Shown here: piece by piece, positions 63,457 to 64,000 of the stretch
How the letters are laid out: every line of letters starts with the position of its first letter
How positions within the stretch are numbered: position 1 is the first letter of the stretch
DNA from: a virus
Length of the DNA: 64,000 nt
Strand: one strand, 5' to 3'
Virus record (IMG/VR): IMGVR_UViG_3300025012_000003
The notes under the pieces: generated by a model
What the model saw: only the letters and a program-made list of their open reading frames with translations
Told to the model about the DNA's origin: nothing
The model's database searches: none
Program-made: the position numbers and the translations under genes

Positions 63457-63999
63457 TTAAAAATTTTCAGATGTTCCTTTAGATTTAGTTTTAGTGCTAT
63501 CTGACACTTTAACAGTCTTGTCCTGTAATAAGTTGATATCCTTATATATTAAACTTCTATCAGAAGTCATATCAGATATTTTAAGATGTTCTTTTAAATT
63601 TGGATTAGTAGTCAATATTAAATTGATATATCCCTCACTATCCCTAGCTGAAATTATAGGAGATAGGCACTGTACTATCTTATCAAAGCTATACATGTCC
63701 CGTGGAAAATACAACATTAAGATATCATTTTCTTTAGCATTTTCATATTCATAATTCTTTGACATCATATCATCCATAAGCTTTTTATAATGCCTAAAAG
63801 AAAATCCTTTAAAATTGGGATATCCAGTATTCCCGATATAATAAACATTCTTATGTACAATAAAAGAAGCAACTTGCATGAGGGTATCTGTACTGTTAGA
63901 TTTTATGAAATAGTTATTTCCTTTAGATATTAAGCTATCAAGAGTCTCAAACTTTTTAGGATTGGAAGTAACTTTCAAGAAATGCTTCATCAAAAATCC
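63457..63999 (-). CDS. Hypothetical replication-module protein, possibly 5'-truncated by the window
   Basis: Frame open to the window edge; directly upstream of the helicase. Confidence 0.55.
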   Translation of the reverse strand, partial: GFLMKHFLKVTSNPKKFETLDSLISKGNNYFIKSNSTDTLMQVASFIVHKNVYYIGNTGYPNFKGFSFRHYKKLMDDMMSKNYEYENAKENDILMLYFPRDMYSFDKIVQCLSPIISARDSEGYINLILTTNPNLKEHLKISDMTSDRSLIYKDINLLQDKTVKVSDSTKTKSKGTSENF

Positions 64000-64000
64000 C

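Noticed and set aside
2338-63754. Plus-strand ORFs in the track (e.g. 2338, 3484, 8655, 14098, 21201, 37306, 51236, 56133, 58019, 63494)
   Set aside because: They are antisense shadows of well-supported minus-strand genes, lack SD signals and show Ser/Leu/Ile-rich antisense composition.
1-64000. Stop-codon reassignment (alternative genetic code)
   Set aside because: Long core genes are intact in code 11, TAG/TGA/TAA all terminate genes at coupled junctions, and no suppressor tRNA is present in the array.

Overview
This is a 64-kb segment of a large, AT-rich tailed dsDNA phage. Essentially all genes lie on the minus strand, and many canonical sigma70/sigmaA promoters with an extended TG -10 suggest a low-GC bacterial host (inference). 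Layout: (i) 0.9-39.6 kb holds dense, translationally coupled clusters of small accessory ORFs. By my hand count 53 of them end in, and 3 more contain, the same helix motif (E-[IL]-T-E-E-E ... M-x-E-L-[VIT]-[SGNT]) fused to otherwise highly divergent bodies. This is the most striking unexplained system in the window. (ii) 6.07-7.55 kb holds 15 tRNAs plus a circularly permuted two-piece tmRNA, behind an attenuator-like leader. (iii) Putative virion or head-internal genes are scattered (8.2-9.7, 18.9-20.2, 42.2-44.5 kb), along with a patatin, a C92 peptidase, an HNH nuclease, an ART-fold protein, an AlaRS-like fragment and a BtuR/CobO. (iv) 46.9-64 kb is a recombination/replication module: SbcD, split SbcC, RecA, RuvC-like, SSB-like, ATP-dependent ligase, HslV-like protease, degenerate DEDD exonuclease, phosphoesterase, family A DNA polymerase, CHC2 zinc finger and DnaB-like helicase. 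A structured intergenic RNA candidate at 36.55-36.82 kb carries a perfect 17-nt inverted copy of the neighbouring gene's ribosome-binding leader. All calls come from manual motif recognition; no database searches were run.
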